Shown here: in pieces, positions 12,813-27,523 of the stretch | How positions within the stretch are numbered: the stretch's first letter is position 1 | How the letters are laid out: each line of letters begins with the position of its first letter | Source: Octopus vulgaris | Lineage: Eukaryota | Assembly (NCBI GenBank): GCA_951406725.2 | Contig: OX597817.1 | Span: 105,772,001 to 105,836,000, forward strand | Length of the DNA: 64,000 bases | Direction: 5' to 3' | Notes under the pieces: generated by a model | Databases searched by the model: none | The model's input: the letters and a program-made list of their open reading frames with translations, nothing else | Told to the model about the DNA's origin: nothing | Made by a program: the position numbers and the translations under genes

Positions 12813-13989
12813 CAATTAAGATTTTGTGTTATTATTAATTAATAATTTATCGATTTTCAACAGATCCAGCCACAATGAGTGAAAATTGAAAATTTCATTT
12901 GTGTATTAATTTTCGATGAACTAGAAGATATAACAAGAAATTCCTAATAATCATTTTATCGATTATCCTAGTATATATTTAATGATTTAAGTTGGAAATC
13001 AATGATACACTTTGTTTCTTAAGACTCGATGATTCTTTCTCAAAATGGAATGGCTGTCTTATTTACTGAAATACACAGAAAATCAAAAGCTAGATTACAA
13101 AAATGATATGTTTTAACGATCTTCATTCTACTGTTGTTGTGTACATAAGTCAGTCTAATATCAATTTATCATATATTTTATTGTAATATTACCCTATAGA
13201 AAATATTACATCACTGACTACAACCTATTCTGTACATACATTAACAAACAAGCCCCGCCTACATTTACATTTTCAAGTGAACTATGTAGTAGCTCGACCC
13301 TCTCAACATAGTAAGCAAATAGCATTACTTTCTATAAAATGGAAACCGCCAACAGAGTAACACAACCTTTGTTCTTGGGTAGCAACTGTTATTTGCTTAA
13401 CTTGGAAACTATGAAAATTGGCTAATATTTCCTCCAAATTCTGATTTTGTTACGATATTTATTAAAATCCAAAAGAATCCTTCTCAACAAATGGCTATGA
13501 TATTCCTCTGCTACGGATTGTGATCAAAGACGCACAAATTGTCAACCACTAAGGGACATGCTCAAGTGGTTATGATCAAGCAACTGGCACGCAAATCTGT
13601 GATATTGAGCAGAATATTTGCTATAACGATATTTCTGCACCAACAACTCAGTACTGAATCTGTCTGAAATGGAAAATAGTTCAGTTTCAAAACATTCATG
13701 TCCAGATCATAAAAGCAAAGATTGAAGGGAATAGTAGTCATGTCTCTTAATTTCTAGATAGAAGCAAATAGGAAATATCATTTAGTGTCCAAAGACAAGA
13801 AAAAATTTGTTACACTGTTATCGATGCATCAGGAATTGCAGCGTTCGATTACTTAGTTTCATGCTTTAGGTCTATTTTTTATCAGAGCTGACTAAGTGTA
13901 CACAACAAGAAACCTGTATATATCATTATATGTAAGATAATATCAAATACTTGTATATTCTTTGTGCAACAGCACGTCCATTTGAGACC

Positions 13990-14760
13990 ACTTCACGAAA
14001 ATTAGCTGTAGAAATTTTAACTTCCATAAGCAAAATCATATCTCACGAAAGAAAAACAGGCAAATCAATTCACCTGGCTGCATGAGACGTACCACTGAAA
14101 AGTCTGGCGGAGTTTCCTTGAAATCTTCAGAAAGTCTATGACTTCACTTATAATGTAATTGTTACTGCTGTGTTAAGATATGACCAATAATCTTAAATGC
14201 AGGTCTGTAAGATTTTGTATCCTCATTGCACACTTTTAGGTTGGCCTGATTCAGAAACTGCCTGTCCAGGTCATTTGGCAATGTTATATACAAATGTCAT
14301 TGAGTTCAAGATTGAGTGGCAGCTTAAAAGCAGCATGAGCCATCCTGCAATCTGTGAGAACATTAGTTGCAGCAATTCCAGACGAGGTCAATGTAATAAC
14401 AGTTTGAATTTTCCGAATTTTTGCCAAAACTAAGTTCATCAAAAACGTTTTACCTTGTCCACTATAGGTATCACAAAAATCTTTTCTCCTTGAGTTACAT
14501 GTTACAGATAGTTTGATCTATTTATTATTTAAAGTTTTTATTTATGTGTATATTCTTTTATTTATCTGGAACCAAGAGTAATTAATTCTAGTGGACATAC
14601 TATTCCAGTCATTGAATCTTCTGGCTGGTTGCCTGTAGAATCTCTCGACTGAAAGTTAAAGCAGCAGTTTGTACTGGAGCTGGTAGTCCACATTAATGAA
14701 GAACCTTACAAGTCATAGTCTGTATAGTATTTTCAATGAAGGTCAGTGCTTGATTGTAAA
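13990..14760 (-). mobile_element. Helitron RepHel PIF1-helicase relic
   Basis: YNQALTFIENTI..GLPAP..; SGQGKTFLMNLVLAKIR (Walker A); SSGIAAT..RMAHAAFKLPLNL; multiple stops. Confidence 0.85.
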
Positions 14761-14979
14761 TCTCTCTCTCTCTCTCTCTCTCACTCTCTGTATATATATA
14801 TAAAATATATATATATAAGTATGATAAAGGTAAACATTTCTGCTCACTTTGTAATAGCGAAATGTTTTATATTCTATTCTCAAAGAATCCCCTTGTAAAC
14901 ACATTTATAGAACACTATCGTTGCAAGCATTGGCAGAAACATACCTTTAGATCCTATAAGTGATTTCTACTAGTTCTCT

Positions 14980-15183
14980 TTTCTCTTTCACTTGTTTCAC
15001 TCATTTGACTGCGGCCATGCTGGAGTACCGCACTTAGTCGAGCAAATCAACCCCAGGACTTATTCTTTGGAAGCCTAGTATTTATTCTATCGGTCTCTTT
15101 TCCCGAACCGCTATGTTATGGGGACTTAAACACACCAGCATCGGTTGTCAAGCGATGTTGGGGGAACAAACATAGACACACAA

Positions 15184-15274
<91 letters not shown>

Positions 15275-15436
15275 CGACGGGCTTCTTTTAGTTTCCGTCT
15301 ACCAAATCCACTCACAAGGCTTTGGTCGGCCCGAGGCTATAGTAGAAGACACTTGCCCAAGGTGCCACGCTGTAGGAATGAAACCGGAACCATGTGGCTG
15401 GTAAGCAAGCTACTTACTACACAGCCACTCCTGCGC
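14980..15436 (-). mobile_element. Full-length tRNA-derived CORE-type SINE with internal microsatellite (resembles Octopus OR-type SINEs)
   Basis: Pol III A/B-box-like head, CORE-like accttgggcaag, central (TA)/(TG) tract and conserved 3' half. Partial copies at ~5470-5720, 16010-16215, 18455-18608, 18945-19085, 26180-26525 and 33280-33455. Confidence 0.85.
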
Positions 15437-15706
15437 TTATTTCTATATAATTTGACCTTTGATTGTCTTCTCACATTTCAATTCCGCTAAATATATCTAA
15501 TTCCACGCTTTTACGCTTTATTCTAATTAAACCCATCGCTCTATATTTCGCCACTAATTTATTTCCTTCTCCTCCTCTTTCTATATGCTACCTTTGACGC
15601 TATATCTACTAACGTTTTTTTTTTTTAAAACTTAATAGCGTTCCCTTCATCATTATACGCAGTCATCACATCACATTCTGTTAAAATGTCTTACTGATGT
15701 GTTTGG

Positions 15707-15802
15707 TTTATTTCCCTGATGAGAAGATTGCATTGTTTTACACCATTTTATTCCTTCTGGAATAATACCAATGTTGTCTTCGAAACATATGTTAGAAGTA
15801 AA
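15707..15802 (+). ncRNA. Type I minimal hammerhead ribozyme motif (Penelope-associated)
   Basis: tttatttc-c-CTGATGA-gaaga..tcttc-GAAAC-atat-GTT-a-gaagtaaa: stems I and II plus a palindromic helix III. One mismatch at the base of stem I. Confidence 0.6.
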
Positions 15803-15971
15803 AGAATTTGAATAACACCTGCGTTTAATTCCATTTATTTATTTATTAATTTATCTATCTATATATCTGTCTGTCTATCTGTGTGTATGTGTGTCTGTCT
15901 GTCTGTCTGTATGTATGTATGCATGCATGCATGTATGTATATATGTATGTATGTATGCATGCATGAATGTA

Positions 15972-16007
<36 letters not shown>

Positions 16008-17017
16008 TTTGTGCGTTTGTGTTAGTCGCCCCCACCCCCACCATCGCTTGACAACCGATGTTGGTATGTTTACCTCCCCGTCATTTAGCGGTTCGGCAAA
16101 AGAGACCGTACTAGGTTTACAAAGAATAGGTCCTGGGGTCGATTTATTCGACTAAAAGGCGTTGCTGCAGCATGGCCACAGTCAAATGAAATGGCTGAAA
16201 CAAGTAAAAGAGTAAAAGAGGGTATATACTGCATATATATATATATATATATATACATACACACACACATACACACACGCACACACACATATACACCATA
16301 TATATATATATATACACACATACATACATACATACATACATACATACATACATACATACATACATACATACATACATACATACATAAGAATTCCAAGAAA
16401 GTACTCAGATACCTGAAACTTTACAAACGTGACTTAGTTTCGCTTTCCGGTTTCCCAGACAATAGTAACCTGGTTCAATAGCATAATAACAAATAATAAT
16501 ACAAATTACTACGGTTTTATATAATAATACATTATTTCCACTCTCTTACTATAGATTACTCAAAAAACATCACTTGATTTAGCCAAAAACTACTTATAGA
16601 TCACTGATACGAAGATGGATATTTCAATGTTGCAAGAGGATCGATACCGACTTTGGATAATGCTTCATAGAAAATACATTCTAGATTTACTTGACGAATA
16701 TTTATAGATGTAGTTCCAATTCTGAGATCTAAATTTTATATCCGAGTTTGTAGAACACTCTACTGCAGATAATTCTATTTCTAAGATTTTGCTCAAAATT
16801 TACATTTCGAATTTGTTTACGCTATCTCATATGTTGCTTTATGTTTGTCTTTAATGTATTTAAAGGTATATTACTTGGGGTAAATTTCTCTTCTGTGGCC
16901 CTGTTGCTGAAGTGAATATACGTGGGAATTTTTTTACATGTATATCCTAGAGGAACATAATTATGTCCCCTACAAATACACGCGCGCGCGCAGCAGCATA
17001 CACACGTACACACACAC

Positions 17018-17106
<89 letters not shown>

Positions 17107-17168
17107 CATTTATCCATCTATCTATCCTATCCATCCATCCATCCATCCATCCATCCATCCATTTATCC

Positions 17169-17241
<73 letters not shown>

Positions 17242-17394
17242 CATATGTCCAGCATAGTCACCTGATAAGATCGGTATTCAAATATCGATATTATCCTTAT
17301 TTATATAAATTTATATACATATGTCCATACACACACACACATTGATATGTGATGTTATATTTTCGTTTCCATTTGTATTATACCTGTGCGCAAG

Positions 17395-17420
<26 letters not shown>

Positions 17421-17426
<6 letters not shown>

Positions 17427-17640
17427 AACGCTATGTGTAATACACATGACTAGTTTCGCTTGGTTATTGCTAGATCAATAGAAGAGCCAACTTCGTTCTA
17501 TTGAGAAACTATCATACAACTACGAATGACAAATGTTATGAGTAACAAGCAAACAAGGTTAGTAATACTTATTTAGTAAAATACTAAGAGAGCACACGCG
17601 CAGTGTGCAGTGTATGTATATGTATTTGTGTATGTGAGTG
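17421..17640. repeat. 220-bp inverted repeat, left copy (partner 23551-23770)
   Basis: Reverse-complement match with one visible mismatch. Confidence 0.9.
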
Positions 17641-17869
17641 TATGAGTATGAGTGAGTAACTTATAAATGAATTTATATGTGTATGTTTAATGATCGTAGA
17701 ATTAATATCTTGGAGACAAGCTCGTGTTTTAACTACAGATCTGTTTACATAGCTAAGTTAAGTACATGTTTATTAAGTATACCAATGGAAACTTATTTAT
17801 AATATATACACACACACACAAACACACATACACTCCACACATACGCACTACCTTTTTATTCCTTTCGGT

Positions 17870-18430
17870 ACATGTTTCGAGGACACGGCAAGCCAATGGT
17901 TGTTCTGTGTGTTCTTCATCTGATGCTGGCAGAAATTCTTCTCGTCTGAGAAAAATCAAAGCCATGTTCGGTTGGAGGGGATGCTTGAGTTTGTTCAAAA
18001 GCTTCGTAGCGCGGTCTTTCCTCTTGTCCTTGATGTCTTGGAATACAAATTGGCCCTTTCTCATCTTGTATGAGAAATGGCGAATGTCTTCATGCACTAC
18101 ATGCCTGATAAGAAACTCGGACACTCCCATGTCCCTGGCGATGGACCTGATTGACTTGGAGGGATTGTTGTCAATTAAGGCCCAGACCTCACCAACAAAT
18201 TCAGGAGTTCTTTTCTTATCAGAACGATCAGAGTGAGTTTTCCGAGCTGCCGTACCTTCGTATTCACCTTTAGACTCATCCAACTCTTTCCAAATCCTCT
18301 GCACTGTCCTCAGTTTGACACCCAAATATTCTGAAATGTTCGTGTTAGAGCTACCGACGCGAATGCCAAGCAGTACAGCATGTCGTTTCCAAATATCTGG
18401 CAGAGTGAATTGCGTCATGGTCCTGTTTTT
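17870..18430 (-). mobile_element. Tc1/mariner transposase N-terminal relic (maT/DD37D-like)
   Basis: HTH region ISEYLGVKLRTVQR..SIRSIARDMGVSEFLIRHVVHEDI..SYKMRK, with frameshifted FSDEKNF; truncated. Confidence 0.85.
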
Positions 18431-18607
18431 CTCATATATACATATACGATGTGCTTCTTTCAGTTTACATTCACCAAATTCACTCACAAGGCTTTGGTTG
18501 GCCCGAGGCTATAGTAGAAGACACTTGCCCACGGTGCTACACAGTGGAACTGAACCCGGAAGCCCATGTGGTTAGGAACCAAACTTTTACCACACAGCCA
18601 CGGCTGC

Positions 18608-18944
<337 letters not shown>

Positions 18945-20007
18945 TATGACGGGCTCCTTTCTGTTTCTGTCTTCAAATCCTCTTACAATCGACCTAGGGC
19001 TATATTAGGAAACATGCAGTGGGACTAAACCCGGAACCATGTGGTTGGGAAACAAACCTCTTACCACACAGCAGCGCCTACGCTTGTATTTAGAGGCCTA
19101 ACAGCATCTGCTGTATGAAAGACTATCAGCTGCTCATACATGCAAGTGTCTGTTTCTTCTTCTTGTCACTGTTGTTGCTAATGGTAAAAAAAAGCACAAA
19201 AGAAGAATCGACACGGCTTATTAACAGTATCGTCGCAAGTGTTGCTCTTAGAATGCTAAGAACCTGAAGAAGTACGTGAAGGTACAGTATCTGAAACACT
19301 AACAACAAATACTACGAGGCCTTCTATTCAACATTCCAGCGACCCCGCTAAATCACTGCATGCGTGCGCACACTCACACACACAAATTAGACACTACACG
19401 CACAAATATACACACATGCATGCACACACACACACACACACGCACGCATATAATGACAAATATCAAAGGATGGAGTTAGGAAATTATTTTAATATTTCTT
19501 TTTTACGATAATTCCATCATAATTTAAGTACAAGCAACATTCAGGCAACTACGGATTTAATTTCATGTGTTATGTAGAGTTTCTTCTATAACATATGTTG
19601 AACACGATTCCTAAGAATCAGAATTCCATAAAAAACAAATAAATATGCCGGAATGATTACTGCATAACGTAAGATTATATTGAAAATACGATGAAACGAT
19701 GGTAAATGATGTATTAGAATGATTTGCTAACTCCTTCATATTTGTCATTATAAACACTTTAAAGATATTTGTAGATTTTCAGATAATTCGAGTGGTAGAG
19801 TGAAAAAGCTTCTAACTTTTCAACTTTTTGATAGCTGACATCTGTGATAGTGCTTCACGTGATAAACTGCAGGGTTAGTGCTTCATGTGATAAACTCTGT
19901 GTGTGTGTGTGTGTATGTGTGTGTGTGTGTGTGTGTGTTTTAGATAATTAGATTGTTTAGAATATGATCAGTATATTGAAATTTTGACAGAAACAATTCT
20001 TTCTATG

Positions 20008-20981
20008 TCAGTCGATGATGTTTAGTGATTCCCATTTCTCAATTCTAAGCTTTTTTTTCTTTTTCCATTTTAAATTATCTTCCAGGGAAATATTGACATA
20101 AGCATTTGTTTTACTGTATCTCGGCATCTTGATATCTCGCCTCGCAGGAGAAAATATTTCACGAGAACACTTTAATACTTGACTGTTTTTCACTCGAATG
20201 AGAAAGTTGATTGATCTGACATTATTGAAGTATCTTGAAAGTGAACTCCAAATAGTGGAAAAGAACACACATATTACATACACTCAAGATATACAGAGCA
20301 GTGTAATAATTTTGCTGTTTTATTTGACTTGATATTAGTAGGGTACATGACTTTGAATACTCAGTAAAAAGTAAGTGTGTAATATATTCATCAGTTACAG
20401 ATTTTTACTCGGATATTACCTAACTCTTGTTCTTTTGGGGCTAGCTAGTCTATAGTAAATCTGATGATCAACCCCACAACGGTAATGTAAGCTTAATATC
20501 TGCTAACGCTTTAAACAATAGATGGAAATGATTGTAAAGAATTAGCGATAATCAATAATGTGCGTGTGATATCCAACAGCTGTCCTGGGAAGATTTTTCC
20601 CCTCTTTTTTGCTTTTTGGTGAGAAGGTAATTATGGTTTTGGTAGAAAGCGTGTTCAAAATATTGTCCAAGGTTAGTTATCGGTCCTTTTGACATATAAT
20701 GTCCGAAATAAATTTCTAAAAATGTAAATAAATACGAAAATTTTGACCTCATAAAGTGATCCTGAATATATTATCAGATTACACTTTAAACAGATGAATA
20801 TGATTGTAAAGAGTTGAAGATGATCAATAGTGTATGTGATATCCACCGTTGTCTTTAAAAAAGCTTTTTGTTTTGTTATTTTGCTCTGTGAGATAATTAT
20901 AAAGGTTCTTGTAAAGAGCGAGTTGAAAATTATACCCAAGGTCAGTTATCGGTCCTTTTGACATTTAATACCTGAAGCTGT
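20008..20981 (-). CDS. Paralogous unit C: two tandem MSK exons (20981-20847, 20715-20578), a short exon (~20444-20420) and a 3' exon (20233-20008). Possibly intact, possibly pseudogene.
   Basis: MSKGPITDLGYNFQLALYKN.. and MSKGPITNLGQYFEHAFYQN..TKKQKRGEKSSQD align with the unit E MSK exon. The 3' exon YFNNVRSINFLIRVKNSQVLK..SLEDNLKWKKKKK.. is open for 75 codons and matches SIxF..LIxxxNxxxLK..SLEDNL of unit E. Several splice sites are weak. Confidence 0.5.
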
Positions 20982-21599
20982 CTAAAAATGTCTTAAATAT
21001 ATCTGAATATTAACAGTTTTCTGTACTCTTCTCCATCAGTTCCTTATTCTGAGATTCTAACCGATCAAAGAACAAGAAGTTAATTATTTTTCAAAAGACC
21101 TTGCGAAAAATAGAATATATCGCGGCCAAGCGGTAAGAAACAAGAAAATAATTCCCTAGTCTAAACTATTACAGGATAAAAGAAGAAACTATTAAAGGTA
21201 TGAAAATGAAAGGATGTTAATATGAAACATTATACGTAGAGTTAATCGGCTTCAGTAAATAAATCATCAGCTATAAGAATGTGTTTTTTGAAGTTTTATA
21301 ATAGAAATAACGTTAGAAAGTTTGCGGTATTTAAAGTAATTATACTTTTATGGCATATTTTCATTCTAAATGGGAAAAATATAAGCAGTAAAAATAAAAG
21401 AGAGTGAGGAGAAGATAAGAGAATTTAAATAGCAAAAGGGAGCTAGATTTTAGTATATTAAGCTCGACAAGTTGGTAGAAATAGTAGAACGATGGGTTAT
21501 GCACCATTTAGTATTTAAAGTGTATGCTTACTATTTTTAGAGTTCGAATCACAGTAAAGTTGTCTACTTTTCATCACTTTATAGCAGATAAATTAGTTT

Positions 21600-21808
21600 C
21601 AAATTTTGGCACAAGACTAACAGGTTTGGGGGAGAGGCTAAGTCGATTACATCGACTCCAGTGTTCAACTGCTACTTATTTTGCCGACCCCGAAAGGATG
21701 AAGAAAAAAGTGGACCTCGGCGGAATTTGAACTCTAAACATAAAAACGGACGAAATGCCACTAAGCATTTTGCCTGCCGTGCCAACGGTTCTGCCAGCTC
21801 GCCGCCTT
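21600..21808 (-). mobile_element. tRNA-derived SINE, second family (central gcctttcatcctttcggggtcgataa, Meta-domain-like)
   Basis: Same family at ~4640-4865, 8675-11270 (several), 50505-50900, 58960-59115, 59884-60100 and 60750-60953, usually ending in TAA tracts. Confidence 0.85.
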
Positions 21809-23550
21809 TGATAACGTAAATACAGTAACGGTAAATAAATAAATTGAAATGAATTCCCTGTCAGTTAAATAATGTGTATTTCAGTTATTCGACCAACGGA
21901 ATTCTTGGCATATAAGTGACCGAGTATTTCACAGACACTTGCACTTACTTAAGCTTTTTACTCCCTATGGAGTGTAAGCCATCGACGACTTTTCTATACT
22001 GTTCTCGACTCTGGGTTGTCTTTTCTGCTTTTTTTCGCATGGAGTCCTGTCTATTCAGCTCAGCTTCAGTATTTCACATTCAGCTATTTTTAGGGTGTCT
22101 TCTCTTCCACTTCCCTGATAGTTTTCGGCCAGAGCCTGACGTGTCCTTTAGGATTTTGCAGTTCCGCATCATATTTTCCCTTAGAGAAGGCCTTTCCCGT
22201 CTAAGTTTTGTTGGGTTTGGGTTTTCCTCGATGCTTCTATCTGTTATTATTTTTTTTTCTTCGTAGAGACTTTGGCCCCACGCAAACTCATTTTTAGCTC
22301 TGGGAAGAGATGGTTCGTATCAGCCTGGTTCCAACACTTTGACCTGTCCAGTATGGATGGCCCTAACAGGAGCTTGCGTCCTGCTAACATAGCTTTCAGG
22401 GTCATGGGGACATACAAACCACCACATTGAAACAGGGACTGGACCTTTTGGTAGAGAGACGCGTGTACCTTTCACATAATTCTCAGGTATAACCAGTGAT
22501 ACACTGTGTATAACAAAACTGAGTCTTTGAACACAATTTACCGTCAATCCGACGAGCTTCCACATCATTTCCATCTGCCCCCTTTCATTCACAAGTCTTG
22601 TGTGGACTTAAGTCTACATTAGAAGACATTTGACTGATCGAACCTGGTGCCTTATAATTAGGAAGCCGACTTTTTAACCACTCAGTCATGCCTACGATCA
22701 CAAGTACTAATGTACTGTCCAACACTAGCCTAGTTGTTTTAAAAAGTCACTATTTCAATATTCATATTGACAGCTAAAGGATTTTGTTCCGTTACAAACT
22801 CATTGTGACAAAATTAATTTGTACATGTTAAGATCAATCTTGGGAAAATAATAGGTAATGTCGACCTCCAACCAGGATTTGATGGCGAAATCACATGACG
22901 CTCTGTAGGATTCTTTGAGGGATTCGATATTATCCGTTATTTATCAATAGGCTATTAAACAGTTATTTTAAATACATACATATAGGCATACAGACATGCA
23001 TAAATGCATACATACATACTTCAGTTTACATTAGAAGACATTTGACTGAGATATCACGAAATAGGATCGAAGCTGGTGCCTTATATACATGCATGAGTAC
23101 GTACATGCGTACATCTACATACATGCATATATATATATATATATATACGTGCATACATACATACATGCATACATGCATATATATATATACGTTCATACAT
23201 GCGTACAAACACAAATACACATACATACGTGCATACGTACATACACATAGATAACTACATACATATATGTGTTTGCGTGTGTGCACGTCGTATGTGAGTG
23301 TGAGTATGTGTGTGCGCGCGAGCCTATGTGTGCATGAAATTGCACGAAAGTCCGTCGCTTTGATAATATTTGTAATTTAACAGTCTGATATCGTCACAGT
23401 GTTTCGCTGACTCCGCCTGACAATTACATTAAGGGTACATGTGTCTGTGAAGTACTCAGCCACTTACACGGTCAGTCAAAGAATAGGTAGTTCAGTTGAT
23501 CAACTAAAAACATCGTCGAAATTGCCGGAGATCCATTACATGTGTGTGTT

Positions 23551-23770
23551 CACTCACATACACAAATACATATACATACACTGCACACTGCGCGTGTGCT
23601 CTCTTAGTATTTTACTAAATAAGTATTACTAACCTTGTTTGCTTGTTACTCATAACATTTGTCATTCGTAGTTGTATGATAGTTTCTCTATAGAACGAAG
23701 TTGGCTCTTCTATTGATCTAGCAATAACCAAGCGAAACTAGTCATGTGTATTACACATAGCGTTTATATG
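23551..23770. repeat. 220-bp inverted repeat, right copy (partner 17421-17640)
   Basis: Reverse-complement match with one visible mismatch. Both copies abut (TATG)n on the outer side. Confidence 0.9.
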
Positions 23771-25403
23771 TATGTATGTATGTGTGTGTGTATGTATGTA
23801 TGTATGTATGTATGTATGTATGTATGTATGTATGTATGTATGTATGTATGTATGTATGTATGTATGTATGTATGTATGTATGTTTGCATTCATGTTTGTA
23901 TGTTTATTATTCAGTTTTATTTCTAGACTTCTTGCCAATAGAAAAAGAATCGGTTTCTAACCTAGATCCAAGGCTTCATCATTGGATTTTTAAACAACGC
24001 CAACAAAGTATTTGTGCAAAATTTGACTCAGTGCATGTGCAGATTTGTATGTTTTGTTTTATGTACCGTAAATCCTCGAGTATAGTCTGCCCTTGAGTAT
24101 AATATGCAGGGAATTTTTAGGGGGCGGTACTTCTGAAAAACCGAAACCTTGTATATAATACGCACCCCTTCTCTAACTTGAGTCGTGCGATGACAATCCA
24201 TAGGTTAAGAGAGAGAAATAGATGCTCTTCGGCTCGGTGCCAAGTGTCCAAAGAGATAAAACCGATTTGGGGTTCTGTATTTATATTTTTCTAATTAAAT
24301 TAGGTCAGGTTAGATAAAGTATTTTTCGTCTCTTATCTGCCTGAACCCTATTTAACCTAAGAATGTTCACGTGTGATAGTCGATTCCCATAAATTTCTAA
24401 GTGCAAAAACCGAGAACAATACAAAGAGAACTGGTTGAAATATGTAGATTTGGTTTCGAATCCTGGATCAGAATCTAGGAAGCTTTTCGTTACATATGTA
24501 TGCATATATAGATAAATGAACGTATTTATGTATGAATGTAGTCATAGACCGAACATCTTCAGAGAAATATCACTTGGACTTGTATACCGACAAGTGACCT
24601 GCTACGTTTTTTTATGGTTATCTAGTACTACATTATCAAAACGTGTCTTTTACTTTTTAAAATAACAAGTAGTATGACAATAAGTAGTATCAACATAATG
24701 TGTGAGAGATATAGTTGCTATTTCTAGCAGGTCAAATGGTCATGCCACATAGAGGCGTCCTCACTAGCGCGCATGAATGCAGTTGGTTACATTTGATAGC
24801 TTGTCAGCATCATCTGGGATGTCTGTTACAAAATTGTGCTTCTGAATTTAAACTGCAGAATGAAAGATAAGAAAGATCAGAGAGCAGAAAATTAGAACCT
24901 TATATTAGAAATAAAGATTTGCGGAAGAGATAACGAGATAATTGGCCTGCAAAAGGCGAAAGTGTAACTGATATGGAGGTGGAATTTCCTGTTGAAATAT
25001 TATCTAACAACAGAGACAGAAGCGTCTGGAAGCGAGCGTAATATTCATCCTAGAACTAGAGTTAGCTTCAACACGTTGACTAACATAGGCGAGAGACAAA
25101 CATTTATGCATGTTATTTTCTCTTATCTCCAAACGAATTTATTTCTCTGGATATACTGTTAGTCACAGTTGAGAAAATTTACTAAGTAAATGAAGTCGCT
25201 TGGTTATCATGATATTACTTAACCTCGACTTTCTTTGTATATATACATGGAAATACGAGGAATTACAGTAAATTTTATTTTATATCGGAAATATTTGTGT
25301 CAGATAAAATGTTGGTGATAATGAGCTTTTAAAACATTTCTTTAGCGTCATGTGATATATATATATATATATATATGTATTCACACACACACACATATAT
25401 GTA

Positions 25404-25443
<40 letters not shown>

Positions 25444-25454
25444 CACACACACAC

Positions 25455-25487
<33 letters not shown>

Positions 25488-25519
25488 TATATGTATTCAC
25501 ACACACACACACATATGTA

Positions 25520-25632
<113 letters not shown>

Positions 25633-26329
25633 TATATACATACATATATGTACATATACACCTATATATATATATATATATATATATATGGGTGCAGGAC
25701 GTCACAAACCGTAAAACAACATGAAATACGAAAACAAATGAGTTGAATACGCAAACAACGAGAGAAACAAATGGAAAACAGGACAAGTAACGTAAAGAAC
25801 AACCCTTCATCAGTTGTTGGTTGTCCATGTACTCTTCATTTTGAGCATTGGACGACAATATGAGACTTCGAAGGCAGTTGCTCACGCAAAAAGAAAGATA
25901 AGATTTGGGATTTGCAGAGGTTCAAAGTTAACAAAAACAGGACAAAGGAGACATACAAGGAAACCGAACGAAAACAAACATGGAGAGGTAAAGTAGCAAA
26001 TGCTGGAGAAATATTGTCTTTGACAAGCGAAAAGATAGAAGAGAGAGACAGATAGGATACGTGCAGTCTCTACGACAGCACTGAAGGAAAAGAAAGATGA
26101 TCAAGTGAGGAAAAGAAAGATGGAAGATGGTCACGTTTGAGCAACGAGAGAGCGACAGAGAGTAAAGGAGAAGAGGAGAGAGAGATCCTTTACTCGTTTT
26201 AGTCATTAAACTTCAGCTTTTTTAAGTTTGGTACTTCTAGGTGTCTTTTGCCGAACAGTTATGTTACAGGGACGTAAACGAAACAACGCCAGTCGTCAAC
26301 AAATGATGATGGGGACAAACTCAAAGGTA

Positions 26330-26375
<46 letters not shown>

Positions 26376-26572
26376 GGCTTCTTTTCAGTTTCCGTCTAGC
26401 AGTTTCCGTCTAGCAGATCCCCCCCACAAAGCTTTGGTAGGCCTGTGGCTATCTATAGTAAGTTACTGGTGCCAAGAAATGGGACCGAACCTAGAACCAT
26501 GTAACTGAGAAGTAAACACAGCCAAGGCTATTTCTCTTCTCTCTCTCTTTCATTCACTCACTCTTTCTCTCC

Positions 26573-26635
<63 letters not shown>

Positions 26636-27199
26636 GTGTGTATGTATGTATGTATGTATGTGTCTATATATATATATATATATAAACATCAAATAGATGA
26701 GAATTAATATACAGACACGTGCATAAGGCTTGTGCAAAATGGATACAATCTTCTCTTCAGCTGCATAGCTTGCTGAAAAGTTTTGGAAACTGAGAACCAA
26801 CCAATAATAAACGTCTTACATAAAACAACAGATAAACATATCGATCCATTGATTGGCCGTCTGATTGATTGATAGTTCAGAAATGTTATCACTATATTCT
26901 CAATTACGGTTTTAATCATTGCTATCAATACTGCTGTTATTTTTGCAGATAAGTATCCCAACATCTCCTTAAATTAAATTTGAATTATCGAACCAATAAG
27001 GAAGCTTGTACGTGGTTGTTAGACCTGCTAGAAATAGCATCGAGGCCCCTCATTAGAGTACGCCTCGGTGTCTTATAGCAGAAAAGTATGCTGCTAGACG
27101 TTATATAAATACCTTACATCTGAAAGAAAGACAAGATTGCTATGGCTGTAACGACTTTTTCATAACTTTGCTCAGTTATGGCTGAACTGGATCTAAACA

Positions 27200-27465
27200 A
27201 CAGCAGCAATTATGTATCCACTCCTCCATCCATCTTCTCCGCCCACGATTCCTGTGAGAGTTCCTGTGAGATTTGTGGGTATAGAGTCAGGCACTTCCTC
27301 TATAGGGTTCTATGAGAAGCAGCCGTCATTAAATTTTCCAGCTGATTTCCCAAGGGAGACCAACAGGGTTTATGCATATTACGCATCCAACTCATTCTTG
27401 GTCTTCCTCTGAGTCTCCTGCCAGTTGGCTTGGTTTGAAGAATCCGTCTTGCGATTCTTTTCTGC
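27200..27465 (-). mobile_element. RTE LINE 3' fragment
   Basis: RIARRILQTKPTGRRLRGRPRMSWMRNM. Confidence 0.7.
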
Positions 27466-27523
27466 AACATTCTAATCAATAATGTCTATGTTATGAAATG
27501 TTGCCAATTATACTTTACAAAGA

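Noticed and set aside
20522-20940. Plus-strand reading of the tandem units as 150/147-nt phase-1 Cys-rich exons with a shared in-frame TGA (selenocysteine?)
   Set aside because: The second copy also has a TAA, substitutions avoid third positions of that frame, no SECIS was seen, and the minus-strand frame is open and matches the MSK exon family.
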